Assembly: GCA_964016885.1 (NCBI GenBank)
Contig: OZ024743.1
Location: forward strand, 148,552,001-148,616,000
Source of the DNA: Eledone cirrhosa
Lineage: Eukaryota
DNA length: 64,000 nucleotides
Direction: 5' to 3'
The translations under genes and the position numbers were made by a program. Shown here piece after piece: positions 1-12,815 of this stretch. Numbering within the stretch: the first letter of the stretch is position 1; every line of letters starts with the position of its first letter. The notes beneath the pieces are model-generated. The model saw only the letters and a program-made list of their open reading frames with translations, did not search any database and was not told where the DNA came from.

Positions 1-420
1 GAAGAGGGAGCGAGGAAGAAGAAGAGGGCGAGAGTAAGAAGAAGAGGGAGAGAGAAAGAAGAAGAGGGAGAGAGGAAGAAGAGGGAGAGAGGAAGAAGAA
101 GAGGGAGAGAGTAAGAAGAGGGATGGAGAAAGAAGAAGTGCGAGAGAGGAAGAAGAAGAGGGAGAGAGGAAGACGAAGAGGGAGAGAGGAAGAAAAAGAG
201 GGCGAGAGTAAGAAGAAGAGGGAGAGAGGAAGAAGAAGAGGGAGAGAGGAAGAAGAAGAGGGAATGAGGAAGAAGAGGGAGAGAGAAAGAAGAAGTGCGA
301 GAGAGGAAGAAGAAGAAGAGGGAGAGAGGAAGAAAAAGAGGGAGAGAGGAAGAAGAAGAGGGAGAGATGAAGAATGAGCGGGAGAGAGAGGGAGAAGAAG
401 AGGGAGAGACAGACAAGAGA
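1..420. repeat. Purine-rich minisatellite, about 20-bp unit GAAGAAGAAGAGGGAGAGAG
   Basis: Unit visibly reiterated; ORF 123..377 is a by-product. Confidence 0.95.
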
Positions 421-1604
421 TAGTTAGGTTTTGTAGTGTATAAGATGATAGGAAAACCTGAAGAAAGTAAAATGTTACAGGGAAAGGACAATAATAACAA
501 TAATAGGAAAATGATGATGATGATGATGATGACAATGACAACAACAATGATGATTGTAGGGGTGCTGATGATCCTGGACATGAAGCTGATGGTCATGATG
601 ATCATGGAGACGGTGGTAGTGATTAGAGTGATGGTAATGCTAATGGTGATAGTGATGGTAATGATGATTAGGTTGATAGGATATCTATATTTAACAATGA
701 TAACATTGAAAGTGACAGTGCATATTCACACACACATATACACAATTACTTATATACATACACAACCCCAACCTTAGCTCAGCTAGTATGTCTGTCTTAT
801 TTATGTATTGTATTTGTTATTTTTATTGGGGGTGGGGTTAGTATTGTTGTAGCCACCCCCATTTTAATTTGTCATAATTCTTGAAACACCTTGCTTTATA
901 ATTCTATAATAGTGCTTACAACACATATATTTCTCCATTATCAAAGAAAAATAGCTGTTTATAATGTAACTTATTGTTTGACTAATGTTAATGGAAAACT
1001 AACTGTCTGTATGTGTTGGAAAGATATATTAGATGATGTTAGAAATCTTTAATAAGGATACATTACCATTTTTTTTTTATTTCAAACTAATATTCTACAT
1101 TAATGCTGAATGATGTTAACTCTAAAAAGCTTTTGCAAGCCCCAGAATAACCTTTTGACTCCTCTCATTTCCAAATATTTCATTTTTTTGTCTTTCTCAT
1201 GTATCTTGCTTGGTAGTAGACTTAATCCATTCGACAGTTTAGCACATTTGTTATTTCCAATGACAAACACTACCTATGATTTGAAAATAATTTTGAAAAT
1301 AGTCAAGAATTTGGAGGGATTTACTAATTTTATCAATATTAAGCTAACGAGTGGAGCTTAACAAATATTCTTACATAAAATTGTAATGGAAGGTTTTCAT
1401 AAATGTACATATTAATATATTACAATAAACAGTTTTGTATCTTAAAAACCAGGAGCAGTTTCAGGCAGTTTCATATCAAAGGAGATATGACAATCAGTTG
1501 ACACACTAGGGTACTTTAATGAAGTTCTCTCTGCTGCAAACATTCGGACCAGATCATCAGTTTGGAGGATCAAAATAATACCCATTACATTCCTTATGTG
1601 AAGA

Positions 1605-1870
1605 TATGTGACATAGTGGTTAGGGTGCTTATGATTGTAAAGTCATGAGTTCAATTCTAGGACTAGTCCACGCATCGCATCCTTGAACAAAACACTTTAT
1701 TTCACATTGTTTATTTGTACCTGTAATTCAATGAGCCAGCCTTGTCACACATTGTGTCATGCTGAATTTCTTTTACAACTATACTAAGGGTTAATGTGCC
1801 TGTGAAATGCTCAGCCAGTTACATGTTGATTGAACCATCTCAAGCACTCATCATCAGAACCAACAGAGGT
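1605..1870 (+). mobile_element. Degenerate tRNA-derived SINE
   Basis: A-box-like TGACATAGTGG, B-box-like GAGTTCAATTC, and body CCTTGAACAAAACACTTTATTTCACATTG shared with the copies at 4061 and 50625. Confidence 0.7.
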
Positions 1871-2931
1871 TCAATATGAACAACACATTTCTGCCACAAC
1901 AATCTTTAAATAGTGTAGAAAGAGACAGGTTTCTACAAAGCTTGCTATAAATAAGAGTTGGCCTAAGGGCCAATATATAAAAGTTGGATAAAGCAAGAAC
2001 ATAAATACATAGCTGAAAATATCCTGTTCAGCTGAGGCAGTGAAAATGCCTCCAGAGTGTTCTACTGGGTATGTTATTAAATGAGAAAACTTTTTAGAAG
2101 GCTAGAAATGATTTATGTAACTAGACACAAGTGAATCACAAATCACAGCTTGATTCATCTAAATTGAAGTATTTGTTCACTTAGTGTGCTCTGTAAGTAA
2201 CTAGAAATTAGTTAGGTCTATGTATCAGAAATAAATGGAAAGAATAAATCTCATGTATATGTATATAAAGAAAATTAAACATTGATTTGATTCAGATGAA
2301 ATTCAGAAAATTTCATTTGCATGATTTAGAGATCTAAATCAGAATGCATCCTAAAAAGAATCTTAAATGTTACATATAATATAAAATTACAGTCCAATGA
2401 AACTGTTGTAGTCTGTGCAATTGGTAATCTAAATCTGGATAAGTTTCTATGTTGTGGGGAAGAATTAATTCCTGATGTTTTCAAAATACTTATGGACATT
2501 TGGCAACACTATTTTGTTTCATGATCTAAACTTGGTTTTTAAGTGAATTGAACTTGAGGTTCTTTAGAAAGTAATACAGTATTGTACATCAATGGAATTA
2601 AACAGAATGTAAGGAAATTTGTGCCAAAGAAAACTTAACAATTGTTTGGTATAGTAAGTGCTGTTTCGATGATGGCATAGTATCAACATATGTGTTGATT
2701 GTGAAGGTTACAGAATATGTGAAATAGATACGAATAGATAATGTACAAGTAATTTAGTTAATGTACTACATTAACATGATTATTGATCTGTGTACTCACA
2801 CACACCCATACATATAAAAACACTTATTTGTAACTGAGTGTATACATACATGTCTGTATGAGGGTATGTGTTTATGTATGAAAATATGAGCACCCCAAAT
2901 GCAGGAAATGACTATAATAACAGTCTATTTC

Positions 2932-3145
2932 TATAAGTAAGAGTTGATAAAATTGGTTAAAAATAAGTAAGAGTTGATAAAATTGGTTAAAAATAAGTAA
3001 GAGTTGATAAAATTGGTTAAAAATAAGTAAGAGTTGATAAAATTGGTTAAAAATAAGTAAGAGTTGATAAAATTTGTTAAAAATAAGTAAGAGTTGATAA
3101 AATTGGTTAAAAATAAGTAAGAGTTGATAAAATCGGGTAAAAATA
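2932..3145. repeat. 30-bp tandem repeat AAATAAGTAAGAGTTGATAAAATTGGTTAA, about 7 copies
   Basis: Near-perfect copies read directly. Confidence 0.97.
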
Positions 3146-3344
3146 GATGTAGAAATGGGGAAAAAAGAAACAAAATTGCCTACAAGGAAACGAACCTTAT
3201 ATCTCTCAAATTCCTTTTTCTGTTTCTCAGGGAAATTTACTAGACTTTATCAAATATTATATTCAAAAATAGACGGTTATTAGAGATATTATTTGGGATG
3301 CTCACATTTTCAAATTTCAAGTTCTCCGAATACAATCATATATA

Positions 3345-3552
3345 TATCATCATAATCATCATCATACGTCCATTTTTCCATGTTAGCATGGGTTAGACGA
3401 GTTGTCCTGTTGTAAGCAATGCCAGGGCTTGCTCATACAGAACTGATTTGGGGTTGGTTTCTACAGCTAGCTACCCTTCCCAACTCCAACCCCATTTACA
3501 GTGAGTCCTGGGTGCTTTTTGTCATGACATCTATATGACCACTTTACAGCAT
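3345..3552 (-). mobile_element. Old SINE/RTE 3' tail fragment
   Basis: Similar to the RTE 3' UTR at 8416-8620, with a (GAT)n-type tail. Confidence 0.65.
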
Positions 3553-3555
3553 AAA

Positions 3556-3608
<53 letters not shown>

Positions 3609-3636
3609 GTTTCTACGTTAGGAACAAGGCCAGCAA

Positions 3637-4046
3637 TTATCTTATTTCATTATATATATATATAATGAAATAAGATAACAAGGAGGATTGGTTACTCCTT
3701 CATTATGTTTATTGGTTGGTGACGCATGTTTCGCCACTGATCAGCTCAAGGTTCGATCAGACCCCTTGTAATGTTAATGGAAACATTTTCCCTTAACATT
3801 ACAAGGGGTCTGAAGGGCTGCGGATTACAGAGTCGGGTCAGATTGATACAGATCGAACCTTGAGCTGATCAGTGGCAAAGCATGCGTCACCAACCAATAA
3901 ACGTAATGAAGGAGTAACCAATCATCCTTGTTATCTTATTTCACTATAATATACTCTGTCTAGCTCTGCACCTCGACACTGAAGTGAACCTAAAAAACAT
4001 CAAGTGCTCACCCGGGTGAACCTACATTAACTCCCTTATCCCTGGA
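3637..4046 (+). mobile_element. TA-flanked fold-back element carrying a degenerate hammerhead (pLTR/retrozyme-like)
   Basis: 3661-3760 is inverted at 3851-3949; inner inverted repeat 3757-3777/3793-3813; HHR remnant at 3807-3891. Confidence 0.7.
3807..3891 (+). ncRNA. Degenerate type I hammerhead ribozyme
   Basis: GGT-CTGAAGG-gctgc...gtggc-AAAGC-ATGC-GTC-ACC; the inverted arm at about 3718-3740 retains canonical GAAAC-ATGC-GTC-ACC. Confidence 0.6.
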
Positions 4047-4060
4047 TATATATATATATA

Positions 4061-4402
4061 TGGAGGCACATGGCTTACTGGTTAGAGCATTGGGCTTACA
4101 ATCGAAAGGTTGTGAGTTCAATTCTCAGACCGGGTGATGTGTTGTTTCCTTGAGCAAGACACTTTATTTCACATTGCTCCAGTTTACTCAGCTGTAGAAA
4201 TGAGATGATAGAGACTGGGGTCCATATCATTCCACTACAAAGTGGTCGTGGAGGTGCCACGGCAAAAAAGCACCCAGCACTCACTGTAAATGAGGTTGGT
4301 GTTAGGAAGGGCATCCAGCTGTAGAAATCAAGCCAGAATCAGTTCCCGTCCCACCCTTGCAAGCAGGGAAAAAGCGGACGTAAAATGAAATGAAATGAAA
4401 TG
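4061..4402 (+). mobile_element. tRNA-derived SINE with RTE-like 3' tail and (TGAAA)n end
   Basis: A box TGGCTTACTGG, B box GAGTTCAATTC; tail GGTTGGTGTTAGGAAGGGCATCCAGCTGTAGAAA shared with the RTE 3' UTR. Confidence 0.85.
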
Positions 4403-6319
4403 ATATATATATACGTACACGTAAATATATATGTATAGTCATAAATAAATGTTTTTATATGCATGAAAACAATGAACACTACCAAAATATATGTAGCATC
4501 TAAAATTGATTATAAATACTATTGACTGTAACATCAAAGATTTGCCAGGTCAGTAACTCATTAAGCATCTATTCAATGGAAGGGTGGAAGAAAGTTCAAA
4601 TTGGAGGAGCTAGGATTGAGAAAGGCAATAATGATATTTATTTTAGGAACATGGCCTGCAATTTTGGGGTAAGGGAAAGTCAATTAACTTTACTGGAACT
4701 ATATTTTGATCCAGAAAAGGCTGAAAGGTAAATTTGACCCCAGCAAAATGTAAACCCCAAACATAAAGAGCCAAAAATTACAGCTACACTTTGCCTGAAG
4801 CTCTAATAACTCTGCCAATCCAATGCTCACATGATAGTGATAATACGGGTTTCTAATTTCGGCATAAAGCCTTTATAGGTAGTTCATTTATTAATCTTGT
4901 ATGGCTAAAATGCAAAGTTGATCCTAATGGGATTTGAACCGAGATCGTAAAGAACAAGAGCAAATACTATAAGACATTTTGTCTGTCTCTCTAACAATAC
5001 TGCTAATGGTGTATATTTAATTTTGGATAGAACTGTGCATGAGATGTTTTAGGGGGTGAAATTAATATTCAAAAAGAGGTCAGGTAGTTAAGGACATGTG
5101 GGTAAAAGGTTTTAGGTATCTAAATAATGCAATAAATTAACATTGAATTAAATCTAGAGTAAAATGACAAAATTGAAAGCATGTTTAATGTGTAAGGATT
5201 GTTTTTTTAATGTTTGAACAACAGTATTGCATGCAAGCAGTTATAAGGCTTTATATTTGTTGCTGAGTTATTGATATTTGAATAACCTATATATATATGG
5301 TGTGCCACCATGGCTACATCCCACAGACTGAATCTAGTAAAATATTTCCAATTTATTTAACTATATCACCAAATGTATGCATGTCATGCACATTAGACAG
5401 ACAATTTCAGATCTCTTCTATATTCTGTATGGCATACATAATAATGCTTTTGCAATATTCCCCCATACATTAATCGTAGAAATAGATGTTCTCTCATGAT
5501 GTCATGCTTAAAAGTAGTCTTTTATGTTTTTCTATGTATGAAGGAATAATAGGAAGTGTTTACACTTCACACTTTTCACAGTGGAGGCTTCAAACTAAGG
5601 TTAGTCAATAATCTTCACAAACATACACACACACACACACATACATATATATATTATGTGCACCCATTCTAGCATGGAAAAATGGATGTTAAACAGTGAT
5701 GAAGATGATGATATATATATATATAAATTTGAAGAAAGATTCCTGCATGGCTAAAAACACAGAAAAGAATAAAAATATGGGTGAAAACAAGAAAAATTAA
5801 CAAATACAGGCAGAAGTCTTATCTCATCAGTCAACCATATGTTGTTTTGATGCTTTATATATATATATAAACATTTTAAAGTGATCAGCTGAAACTAAGA
5901 TTGTCAAACATTGTCAGTCAACCCGAAAAGATTTCAATTCTGCAGGCCATCATGCCGGGATAAACTTTGTAATTAAAACAAGGCAATGAAAGATTTCCTT
6001 CATTAGCTAGCATAAATCTCATTTTGATCTGATATTATCACAAGCAGTACTAACAATAATCACTAGTTTTATTAACCAATTTGATTCCAACCTACCCAAA
6101 ACTTGGTTTGGTTTTGTTCTATGAGACAAAACCATCCATTTTATAAGTTTCCTATTTGAATTAAAATCTTCCTAGATAATTGCTTATATCAAGTATATAT
6201 TAAGTTACTATTTTAGTAACAAAATAATTCATAATTTTAGTAAATCCCCACCCCAAAACAATTCTTCTTTAATTAATTGAATTGGTATATTTCATTGAGA
6301 AACGGTAAAAAGGCTCCCA

Positions 6320-6489
6320 GTCATCACTGTAAATGTGGTTGGTGTTAGGAAGGGTATTCAGCTGTAGAAAACCTGCCAGGGACAGTTCTGTACGAAGAAG
6401 ACAGGGTCTCCCAACCAATCATGCATCAAATAGAACAAAACCGTCTAACCCATCCTACCATGGAAGATGGACGTTAAACGGTGATGATG

Positions 6490-6492
<3 letters not shown>
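6320..6492 (+). mobile_element. RTE/SINE 3' tail fragment
   Basis: CACTGTAAATGTGGTTGGTGTTAGGAAGGG...GGACGTTAAACG followed by (GAT)n. Confidence 0.75.
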
Positions 6493-6521
<29 letters not shown>

Positions 6522-7719
6522 ATGTGTGTGTGTGTGTGTAAGCATAGCGTTGTCCCTCAACATATCTAGGAGATGAGTAACTCTATAAAAATTTACTAGG
6601 ACTGTATTGACGCATCTAAGCCATGCCAACATGGACAACAGATATATAATGATGATGATATAAAAAACATGTAAATATATACATGCATGCATGTGTGTGT
6701 GTGCATGTGTATGGGTGTGAGTGTATGTGTGTGTGTATGAAAAATAATTTATATTTTTTTTTACATCATATTCCTTATCCTGAAATAAAATAAAGAAGAC
6801 CAAATGTAATTTTATTTCAATAAGGTGCAAATTAAGGACTCTGCCCCCACGACCCTCTCAGGAATAAGTGGGAGAAGAAGAAGAAGAAGAAGAAGAAGAA
6901 GAAGAAGAAGAAAAAGATAATCTAAATATAATCTAAATACTTCAAAATAAACACACATCCTTTTATTAGCTACAATGCCAAACTTTAAATTTAAATGACA
7001 TCAGAAATTTACCTGTGCCTCTCTGCTCCATTTTGTTGATTAAATTTCTCTAAAAATCACTTTCTTTAAATGATTTCTATCATACATATAAATACATTTT
7101 AGATGATTTTTAGTCTTGTTTGTATTGAAAAAGTAACTTTTTTTGTAGTCAAGTTAATTTAGTGAGTGATTAACGACCATTAAATATCAATGGCCAATGT
7201 CATAGCAACAAATGATTCATTGTTCTACTACTTCCCTTCTTCCTCTTCTTCTTCATCAGCATCACCTTCATCACTCCATCATCAACCCACCACTACCAAC
7301 AACAATAACATCAGCAACACCTACAACAGTATCAACAACATCTTGGCCACTGCTGCCACTACTTCTACCACCATCATCATCATCATCTATTTTCATCATC
7401 ACCATATAAAAAAGTTCTAAAAACTTCAATGGTTCCATTTTACTGTAATTTTAGTATATTTTTTGGTCAATGATTTCAACAAACACTTGTTTATTCACTC
7501 TCATTTCTTATTCTCTCACTCATACTAACTCATACTCTTCTTTCCCCACTCTCACTCTTAATCTCTCCCACACCATTTCTCTTTATCTTACTTCATTTTT
7601 GCTTTTCATATGTACTTTGTTTTCTCTGGTTCCTCATACATTTTTTATCATCTTCTCTCACTCTTTTAACTAGTACTGCTCACTATCTCTTGCTCTTTCT
7701 CACACACACATACACATGT

Positions 7720-7743
7720 TCTCTCTCTCTCTCTTTCTCTCTT

Positions 7744-7824
<81 letters not shown>

Positions 7825-7830
7825 CTCACA
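7720..7830. repeat. (CT)n microsatellite
   Basis: Read directly. Confidence 0.95.
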
Positions 7831-8415
7831 CACATATTCCCCCCTCCTCTTCTACCTTGTCTTTCTCATTTATAATCTCTCATTGTTTTTATCTCTCTCT
7901 CATCCACACTCATTCTATTTCATCTATTCTTTCTCTTCTCCCATTCTTTCTCTCCTCCATTATATTCTTCTCATTATCCTTCCGTCTCTCTTTGTTCATT
8001 CTCTGTCTCTTACTTTCTCTCTTAATATTTACAATGTTTTCGGGCAGTGAAGATCTGTTTTATGTACTTTTCCAGTTAACAGTGTGTTTTGTTTTGCTCT
8101 CTTTAATTTTTTTTTCTCCCTGAACCTTAATCATTCTCTAATGTATGAAAAAGAAACAACAGCAAGAAATAGTCCTTTTGTGTCATTGCAAACAAAAAGT
8201 AAAAATAAAGCAATAACAAAGAGAAACAAACACAAACCAATATAATCAAAGTATTTAAATACCAGTTAAATGCTATATTAACATTAAGTAGAACAACAGC
8301 AGAAACAACAACAACAGTATAATGAACGTTTCCTGAAAAATAAAAAAAAAGCAGCAAGAGAGCATTTGTCTATGTTGTTATTGTTTGTGTTGGTCAGGCT
8401 TGATCCAGCAGACTT

Positions 8416-10646
8416 CATCATCATCATCATCATCAACGTTTAACGTCCGTGTTCCACGCTTGCATGGGTTTGGACGGGGGTAGTCCCACTTGAGGCAAGA
8501 GTGATTGTCTTGCTCGCATAGGACTGTCTGGCAGGTTTTCTACAGTTGGATGCCCTTCCTAACACCAACCACATTTACAGTGTGGGTCTGGGAGGTTTTT
8601 ACCGTGTTGCCTACACGGCCACATTACAGCGTGGACTGTGTGTTTTTTTGTCGTGACACCTACACGACCTCATTTGTTTCGGCCTCGATGGCGCGGCACC
8701 AACATAACTTTACATAGAACGGGGTGGTGTGGATGGGGTGGGGGTGGTGGTGGTGGGACGGGGTGTATTTTGTTAGAGATGCCTACTGGCTGGAGTAGGT
8801 TTTACTATATATTTAGGTAAGGCGGGTCTTCTCTGTTACTGAGTACCGCCAAAGGTCTCGGTCCAGTGACATTGTCTTGGAGAGGTGTAAGTGTGTGATG
8901 TCGGAGTTTATCAGCTCGTCCCAGGTTTTTCTAGGTCTGCCTATTCCGTGACTACCGTCTATCTTTATTGCCCTGCACTTTGTTATACAGCTATCGACTT
9001 TCATGCGCATCACGTGTCCATACCAACGTAGCCTTCTCTCGAGTAAACAACATCTGATCCCTCTTATCTCTAATTTTTTCCTTAGTTCGTTTATGCTTTG
9101 CCGTTCACGTATATTACTGTTACACATCCAGCGGAGCATGCAAGCTTCGTTCCTCTCTAGTCTGCGTATATCCTCTGCACACAATGCCCAGGTCTCACTG
9201 CCATGCAGCATTGCTGTTCGTATGCAGGCATCGTACAACCTGCCTTTCATTTTTAGTGAGAACCCTTTAGCAGCTAATAGTGGTATAAGCTCTCTGAACT
9301 TTTTCCAACCAGTTCTGACTCTAGCTACAGTACTTTCAGAGCACCCTCCCCCACTGCTGATTTTATCGCCCAGGTAACGGAAGCTGTCCACTATTTCTAT
9401 AGAACCTTCTGCGCAATTGAAAGAGCTAGTAGTTTGTGGGCACTTGCTGCTACTTATTGCACCAGAGCACCGGCCACATGTAAAATCTATGTTCTTAGTT
9501 AGCTTACCTGTGATCCCACTACATCTTTTATGCACCCATACTTTGCATTTAGGACATAAAATGGAGTTTCTACCTACGCCTTTCCTACACACCGAGCACG
9601 ACCATTTCCCAGAAGGGACCGCCGCCTTGTTTTCTTTCCTACAAACTAGTACTTTGGTCTTAGCCCGGTTAATTTTAAGTCCTTTTGACTCTAGGCCGTG
9701 CTTCCATGTTTGGAATTTCTTCTCTAGCTCGGCCATTGATTCCGCTATGAGTGTCAGGTCGTCTGCGTATAGGAGTTCCCATGGGCAGCCTGTCTTGAAC
9801 TCCTCTGTTATAGCCTGAAGGGCAATAATAAATAGTAGTGGGCTGAGAACAGAGCCCTGATGGACGCCAACTTTTACGCTAAACTCTTCACTATATTCGT
9901 TGTTAATTCTAACCTTGCTGACTGTTTCTTTATACATGGCTTGTATAGCCCTCACAAGCCATTCGTCAACGCCTAGTTTTCTAAGAGCCCACCAGATAAT
10001 GGAGCGGGGGACTCTGTCGAAGGCTTTCTCCAAGTCGACAAAAGCTAAGTAGAGGGGCTTACCTTTAGCTGGGTACTTCTCCTGTAGTTGTCGTACTATG
10101 AAAAGAGCGTCTGTGGTACTTTTGCCTGACACAAACCCGAACTGCATTTCATCTAGGTCAATTCTCTCTCTGATTAGTTGCGCTATTACTCTTTCCGTGA
10201 CCTTCATGACCTGGTCGATTAATTTAATGCCTCTATAGTTACTCCTATCGAGGGCGTCTCCTTTACCCTTATAACAGTTAACGATGATGCTGCTATGCCA
10301 GTCCTTCGGAACAACCCCATTCTGTACGACTTGGTTAACTATGCGGGTGACCATGGTGTGTCCCACCGTGCCAGATGCCTTCAGCATCTCAGCAACTATT
10401 TCCGAAAGCCCAGCCGCCTTACCCGTCTTCATATCCTTGATTGCCTTACTTATTATACTCCCCTCGACTAACACTGCTGGTCCCTCTATTGGGTCGATAT
10501 GGGGGAGACTGTCTTTTTCCCATTTATTCTCCTCATTTAGTAGCCTTTCATAGTGACACTTCCAAGCTACCTTCTTATCAGCGTCGGTGATGGCAAGTGT
10601 GCCATCGTCGTTTAGTACACACTTCTCCCCGACAATATCACGGTTA
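8416..10646 (-). mobile_element. 5'-truncated young RTE-clade LINE with (GAT)n tail
   Basis: RT ORF, about 400-bp 3' UTR, (GAT)n tail; candidate target-site duplication AGACTT at 8410-8415 and 10650-10655. Confidence 0.95.
8813..10646 (-). CDS. RTE reverse transcriptase with embedded PHD-like finger; frame open to the truncation point, AP endonuclease missing
   Basis: Motifs YRGIKL, QFGF, FVDLEKAFDRV, GVHQGSVLSP, YADD, FRYLG, RRLRWYGHV; C4HC3 spacing CSVC...CPKC...HKRC...CGRC. Confidence 0.93.
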
Positions 10647-10899
10647 GATAGACTTATGATGAAAATATTAGGTTGATCCCATTTTTCTTTTTAAAAGTAG
10701 TATACCTTATATTATATTATCCAGTCAGACCTTCTCTTTCTTCTAAACAGAAAGGTGTGATTTGAGGGACCTGATAGCTATTTCTAGCAAATCAAGGGAC
10801 TATATAGAATCTCCTTTATATATGTATATAGTTGTTTGCTTTGTCCAATATAACTGCCAAATCTTCCTCAATTATTTTCATAGTCAATTCAATATAACA

Positions 10900-10943
<44 letters not shown>

Positions 10944-11329
10944 ATATCGCCTTAGCTATAGTGCTGGAAGAGGTAAAATAGAGAAAAGAGTATATCAAGT
11001 CAAGCTTAAAATCACAAGAAAGAGAGAGAAGGAGAGAGAGAGGAGAAAGAGGGGATTGATATACAGGTAGTGTTCAGTGCTGATAACAAAATGATCATAA
11101 TTTTGACCTATTTGTGTCTTATTTATCTAGATGTCAAGATTACACAAATTCCATTAGATGAAACCCCACATTTTTAACTGAGAGCCACATATTTTAAGTT
11201 TTAAATGTTTGAACAGTGTCTTACAAAAAAGATGGAATAGCTACAACTAGAAATCAAATTAAATGATTTTTCAATTGGTCATAAACCATTTAGACATTAC
11301 TGGAATTAACAAGCTATAAAAATATCCCA

Positions 11330-11630
11330 AATAGATCAAAGATAAATCTTGAGCTAAAGAAGTGGCATTGTGAGCCAAAGAGAAGGGTTGAACCAAAGAG
11401 AAATCTTAAGTCAAAGAGAAATCTTGAACCAAAAATCAAGCTTAATCTAACGAGAAAGATCAGCCAAAGGAAAAGTTGAGTCAGAGAATGCTTGAGCCAA
11501 AGAAAAAGTCGAACCAATGTGAAGGTTGAGCCAAAGAGAAAGCTTTAGCCAAAGACAAAGCTTTAGTTAGAGAAAACTTGAGCCAAATAGATAGTTGAGT
11601 AAAAAAAAGAAAAGCTCAATCCAATGAGAG
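11330..11630. repeat. Degenerate tandem repeat, about 20-bp unit TTGAGCCAAAGAGAAAG
   Basis: GAGCCAAAG/GAACCAAAG recurs at about 20-bp period. Confidence 0.8.
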
Positions 11631-12424
11631 AAAGATTCTCTTTGATAATTTTAAGAAGATTAAAGTCACAGATTACAAGAATAGTGAGAACATCAATATT
11701 AAAATGATTACCTGTTTCATCCTCCAAACCCTATATAACATACACAATCTTTTAGTACACAGTGTATGATTTTGTTTTTCTTTTACTGAGGACAATTTGG
11801 TGGTGTTGTTATTGTTTAACCCTAGGGTAGCTCTGATCCAGTGGAACTTATCTATTGATGTATTTATAATCCTGTGTTTTTATTCAAACAGTTTATCTAG
11901 AATGACATGTCCAACCTGTCCTTCCATTTCTAAAATGACAGAACATAATTTGAGTGGAAACTTGGTTGTTATTTCTAGTAAGTTAAGAGACCTCATTCAA
12001 GATGTCTTGTTGCTTAATTGCTGCAATGTCTTGAATGTTTGCAACTGAGCAGGTCTAATTTCCTCGTACCAGTCTTAGAGGTTTCTTCCTTCCCAAATAG
12101 TAAAATAAATAAATATACAACAATAAATAAACAAATACAAATCCATGCAGCTGCCAAAAGGGGTTTAGCCATGGATACAATGCAGTGCTATAATATATAA
12201 ACTATTTATTTTTTGGCTGGGTTCCTAGTTCCTTATTGATTGTCTCTCCACACTCTCAACAATAACAATAATACTACTAAGACCAAAACCATCAACAAGG
12301 AAGTATTTAAGATGATACACAGACATTTCAATTTAGCTGTTAAATCACTCAACTGTTTATAAAGTAGGTAGGGCATGTAATAGGACACAAAGCAGAACAT
12401 TATTACCATAAAAAGGTTGATAAC

Positions 12425-12815
12425 TTAGCAGAATTATTAGAGCATTGGTCAAAATGTTTATGAGGTGTTCAAATCCTATTACAATCAATTTTGCATTTCA
12501 ACCTTCAAGTCTACTTCAACAATAAAGTACCGTATACATACTGGGTTCAATATAGCTGATTGCTCTCCTCTACCACCAAATTTGTGGTCCTGTGCTTATA
12601 TTAGAAGTTATTATTACCATAACTAAGGGAGATGGATTGGCAGTACTGGTAAAGCAACTTTCTACTTTCTGAGTTTAAATTCTACCAAAGTCAACTTTGA
12701 CTTTCAGCCTTCAGAGGTTGATAAAATAAAGTACTAGTTAAGAACTGGGGTTAATATAATCAACTTTCACTTTCCCCCAAATTGCCAACCTTGAGCCAAT
12801 GTTAGACAGAATTAT
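12425..12815 (+). mobile_element. Two tandem old SINE copies (family with GAGTTCAAATC...CTTTCATCCTT...GATAAAATAAAGTACCAGT)
   Basis: Same motif order as the better-preserved copy at 58308-58500. Confidence 0.65.

Noticed and set aside
1540-1565. Minus-strand CTGATGA...GAA
   Set aside because: Stem II does not pair and there is no stem III or NUH site
2932-3145. 30-bp repeats as a CRISPR array
   Set aside because: No unique spacers, no cas genes, eukaryotic context
5843-5912. TGTTT-TGATGC...GAAAC-TAAGATT-GTC-AAACA
   Set aside because: Core has two defects and stem II is unclear; too weak to call
9003-9818. Plus-strand ORFs overlapping the RTE
   Set aside because: Antisense shadows of the RT frame with no independent motifs
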